Source: Dicyema japonicum
Lineage: Eukaryota; Animalia; Dicyemida
NCBI GenBank assembly: GCA_011109175.1
Contig: RDEW01000052.1
Location: 124,001 to 188,000 of the forward strand
Length of the DNA: 64,000 bases
Direction: 5' to 3'
Shown: piece by piece, positions 62,050-64,000 of the stretch
Layout of the letters: each line of letters begins with the position of its first letter
How positions within the stretch are numbered: position 1 is the first letter of the stretch
Notes under the pieces: model-generated
The model's input: only the letters and a program-made list of their open reading frames with translations
What the model was told of the DNA's origin: nothing
The model's database searches: none
Translations under genes and position numbers: made by a program

Positions 62050-63000
62050 GAGTCGAACAATTAACTGAATCCTCCATTTGCTATGGAATAACACACTCAT
62101 CACTTAAACTATCTAAGATATAATATGATATATATGTAAAACCATGAAATATTGAGTTTATTCTCTTTATTCCTCGATATCTTTCGAAAGGAATTTCGTT
62201 AGAAAATGAATGGGCAGAAATGTTATTACGTACACAGCATTTTCTAGCTTATCAAGCCACTTTTTTTCACTGTTATGAAGCACTTTCTCGTTATCGTTTG
62301 ATTGAATCGTTCGACGATCCCTTGTGTCCGAGGATTGTTAGGCCTGCCGTGAATTCGCTTTTGAAATCAGCGCAAAGTTTTGTTATTTCTCGATTTTTTA
62401 ATTCAGACCCATTATCTGACTGAAGATATTTGCATGGCCCATTCAGGTAAAACCATGATCTTAGATTTCACACACTTCTTTTCCAGACTTATTGAGTCGC
62501 TTGACAAACGCGAATCTAAAAAAATTGTTTTAAAAAGCCAACCTACTATATATAAAATCAATTTGAAACTTGGATTCACTGTTGAAATTTTTTTCAGATC
62601 TCTGAAAACGTTCATTTGGACAAGAAGCTAACACAAGGTGATTTATATCTCCAATCTACAATATAAAGGAATCTTACGTTTAAAGGACGCGAAAATTTTC
62701 AAACTTCACAATTTCAAATGACTTTTTTGATAATCTCATTCTTGACAGTAAAGTACTTTGTCGAAATTCATACTCATTTTATTTACTTCTCAGTGTGAAA
62801 TTCGTGTAATAATTTCGCCAGGAGCTCCATTTCGGATTCATTCTCCAGGGATATGACTAACTTGGGATCAGTGCATTTAAGATCTGTACATTCATTGTAC
62901 ATTTACAATACCTTTCATTGATAAAAGGAAAATTTTCTAACTTCTTGACAGTGCCTCGGAAGATTTTCGGGAAAATTGCTATGCAGGGCATCTTTTAAAA
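62050..63000 (-). mobile_element. rve integrase (H2C2 + DDE) relic, Ginger2/KRBA2-like
   Basis: LVISLENESEM..; YLQSDNGSELKN; HGRPNNPRTQGIVERFNQT. Confidence 0.8.
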
Positions 63001-63099
63001 TTCCATACAGGTACAAACATAGAGTCTATTCAGATTTATTTCATGCAGTCTTTCACAAAACCCTTGTAAGAACCCATTACAAGAAATAATCCAAGCTAA

Positions 63100-64000
63100 A
63101 TATCACCTTTGGTCGGAGGTGAATAGAGTGGATGTTGATTTTGGAGCCGATACCAAGAGACGGCGCGCTATCAATCGTGGATACAATCCACTTTTTTCTG
63201 TGCGAGTAAGACTGCTTTTTTTTCAATTATGATATCGTCAGCATAAGAAAGCAGTAGGAAGTTCTTTTCAATACCTGCTGGCAGGTCGTGAAGGAAAAGA
63301 TTAAATAGAGTATCCTTAGGGCACTCCGTTTGGCAGTAAACGTGATGACTTCCCACGTCTTCCAGATAAGTTTTTGCGAATTTTTTAAATAAAGATTTTT
63401 CCAACTAAATGTTTTTTCGGTACAGAGTCAAATTCCTTGTTGATCTCAATCGAGACAATTGTTATCCGCAATCTTTTGGGGTAGTGTTCAAACCATTCAC
63501 AATGCGTTGATAAGAGAGTTGTGGTTGATCTTACAGAACGGAATCCGTGTTGGAAATTCGGTTGAGTTAGGGAAGGGGTAAATTCAAATAAGATCAACTT
63601 TTTCAACACTTTTGATATAGTTGAGGTCAATGATATTGGTCTATATGAACTGAGATCATTTTTTGCTTTTCCGGCCTTATGAGTTGGAGTGATAAGCGAG
63701 TTCTTCTATATTTGGGGGATAGTGTTCCAGTTAACAAACAGGTTAAAATTTCCGTAAGGTAGCTAATTGCGTATTTACTAAGGTGTTCTGGGTGAAGTCA
63801 AGATAGTTTGTCTGAGCCGCAGACCCGTGAGTTCTTTAATCCGGCGATGACCTCTGAGACCTGCTTGTCAGAGAATAGTTCTTGGTAAGGTACATTTTTC
63901 GGTTTGCGGACACGTACGTTGATATCCAGTTCTTTAGAGAATTTCTTGAAGGTGATCGCAGAGTACTGTTTCATTAGTAGATTAGGGTGTATATGACAAT
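63100..64000 (-). mobile_element. LINE RT relic running off the window edge
   Basis: YRPISLTSTISKVL; QHGFRSVRST; FDSVP; LFNLFLHDLP; SYADD. Confidence 0.85.

Noticed and set aside
62035-62950. TGTCAA...TTGACA as Ginger TIRs
   Set aside because: The right-hand hexamer lies inside the integrase N-terminal coding region, and the match does not extend.
1-64000. Ciliate-type genetic code to explain stops and tiny introns
   Set aside because: TAA and TAG serve as true terminators (ferritin, ZYG-11-like gene, CRE ends), and the conserved RPN9 exons read without internal TAA/TAG.

Overview
AT-rich eukaryotic (very probably metazoan) genomic DNA with no prokaryotic features. Most of the window is decayed non-LTR retrotransposons. 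These are (i) CRE-clade RT + restriction-like endonuclease elements, with three distinct families carrying an N-terminal PHD finger (14.7, 39.6 and 61.4 kb); (ii) an RTE-clade element with a 9-bp target-site duplication, whose empty pre-insertion site is also in the window; and (iii) at least two other APE-type LINE families. There is also a tRNA-derived SINE, rve-integrase (Ginger2/KRBA2-like) relics and a hAT relic. Between these are islands of host genes with 21-26 nt spliceosomal introns: proteasome lid subunit RPN9/PSMD13, two ferritin pseudogenes, two intronless AT-rich ZYG-11/ZER1-like pseudogenes and several unidentified multi-exon genes, some packed only about 30-110 nt apart on one strand. 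About 20 kb (21.5-42 kb) is re-duplicated in permuted order at 42-59.6 kb. Micro-introns at positions I recall as conserved in animals suggest a dicyemid-like host (inference). Many frameshifts sit in homopolymers, so some may be long-read errors. All identifications come from motif recognition by eye, and boundaries of degenerate elements are approximate (tens of nt).
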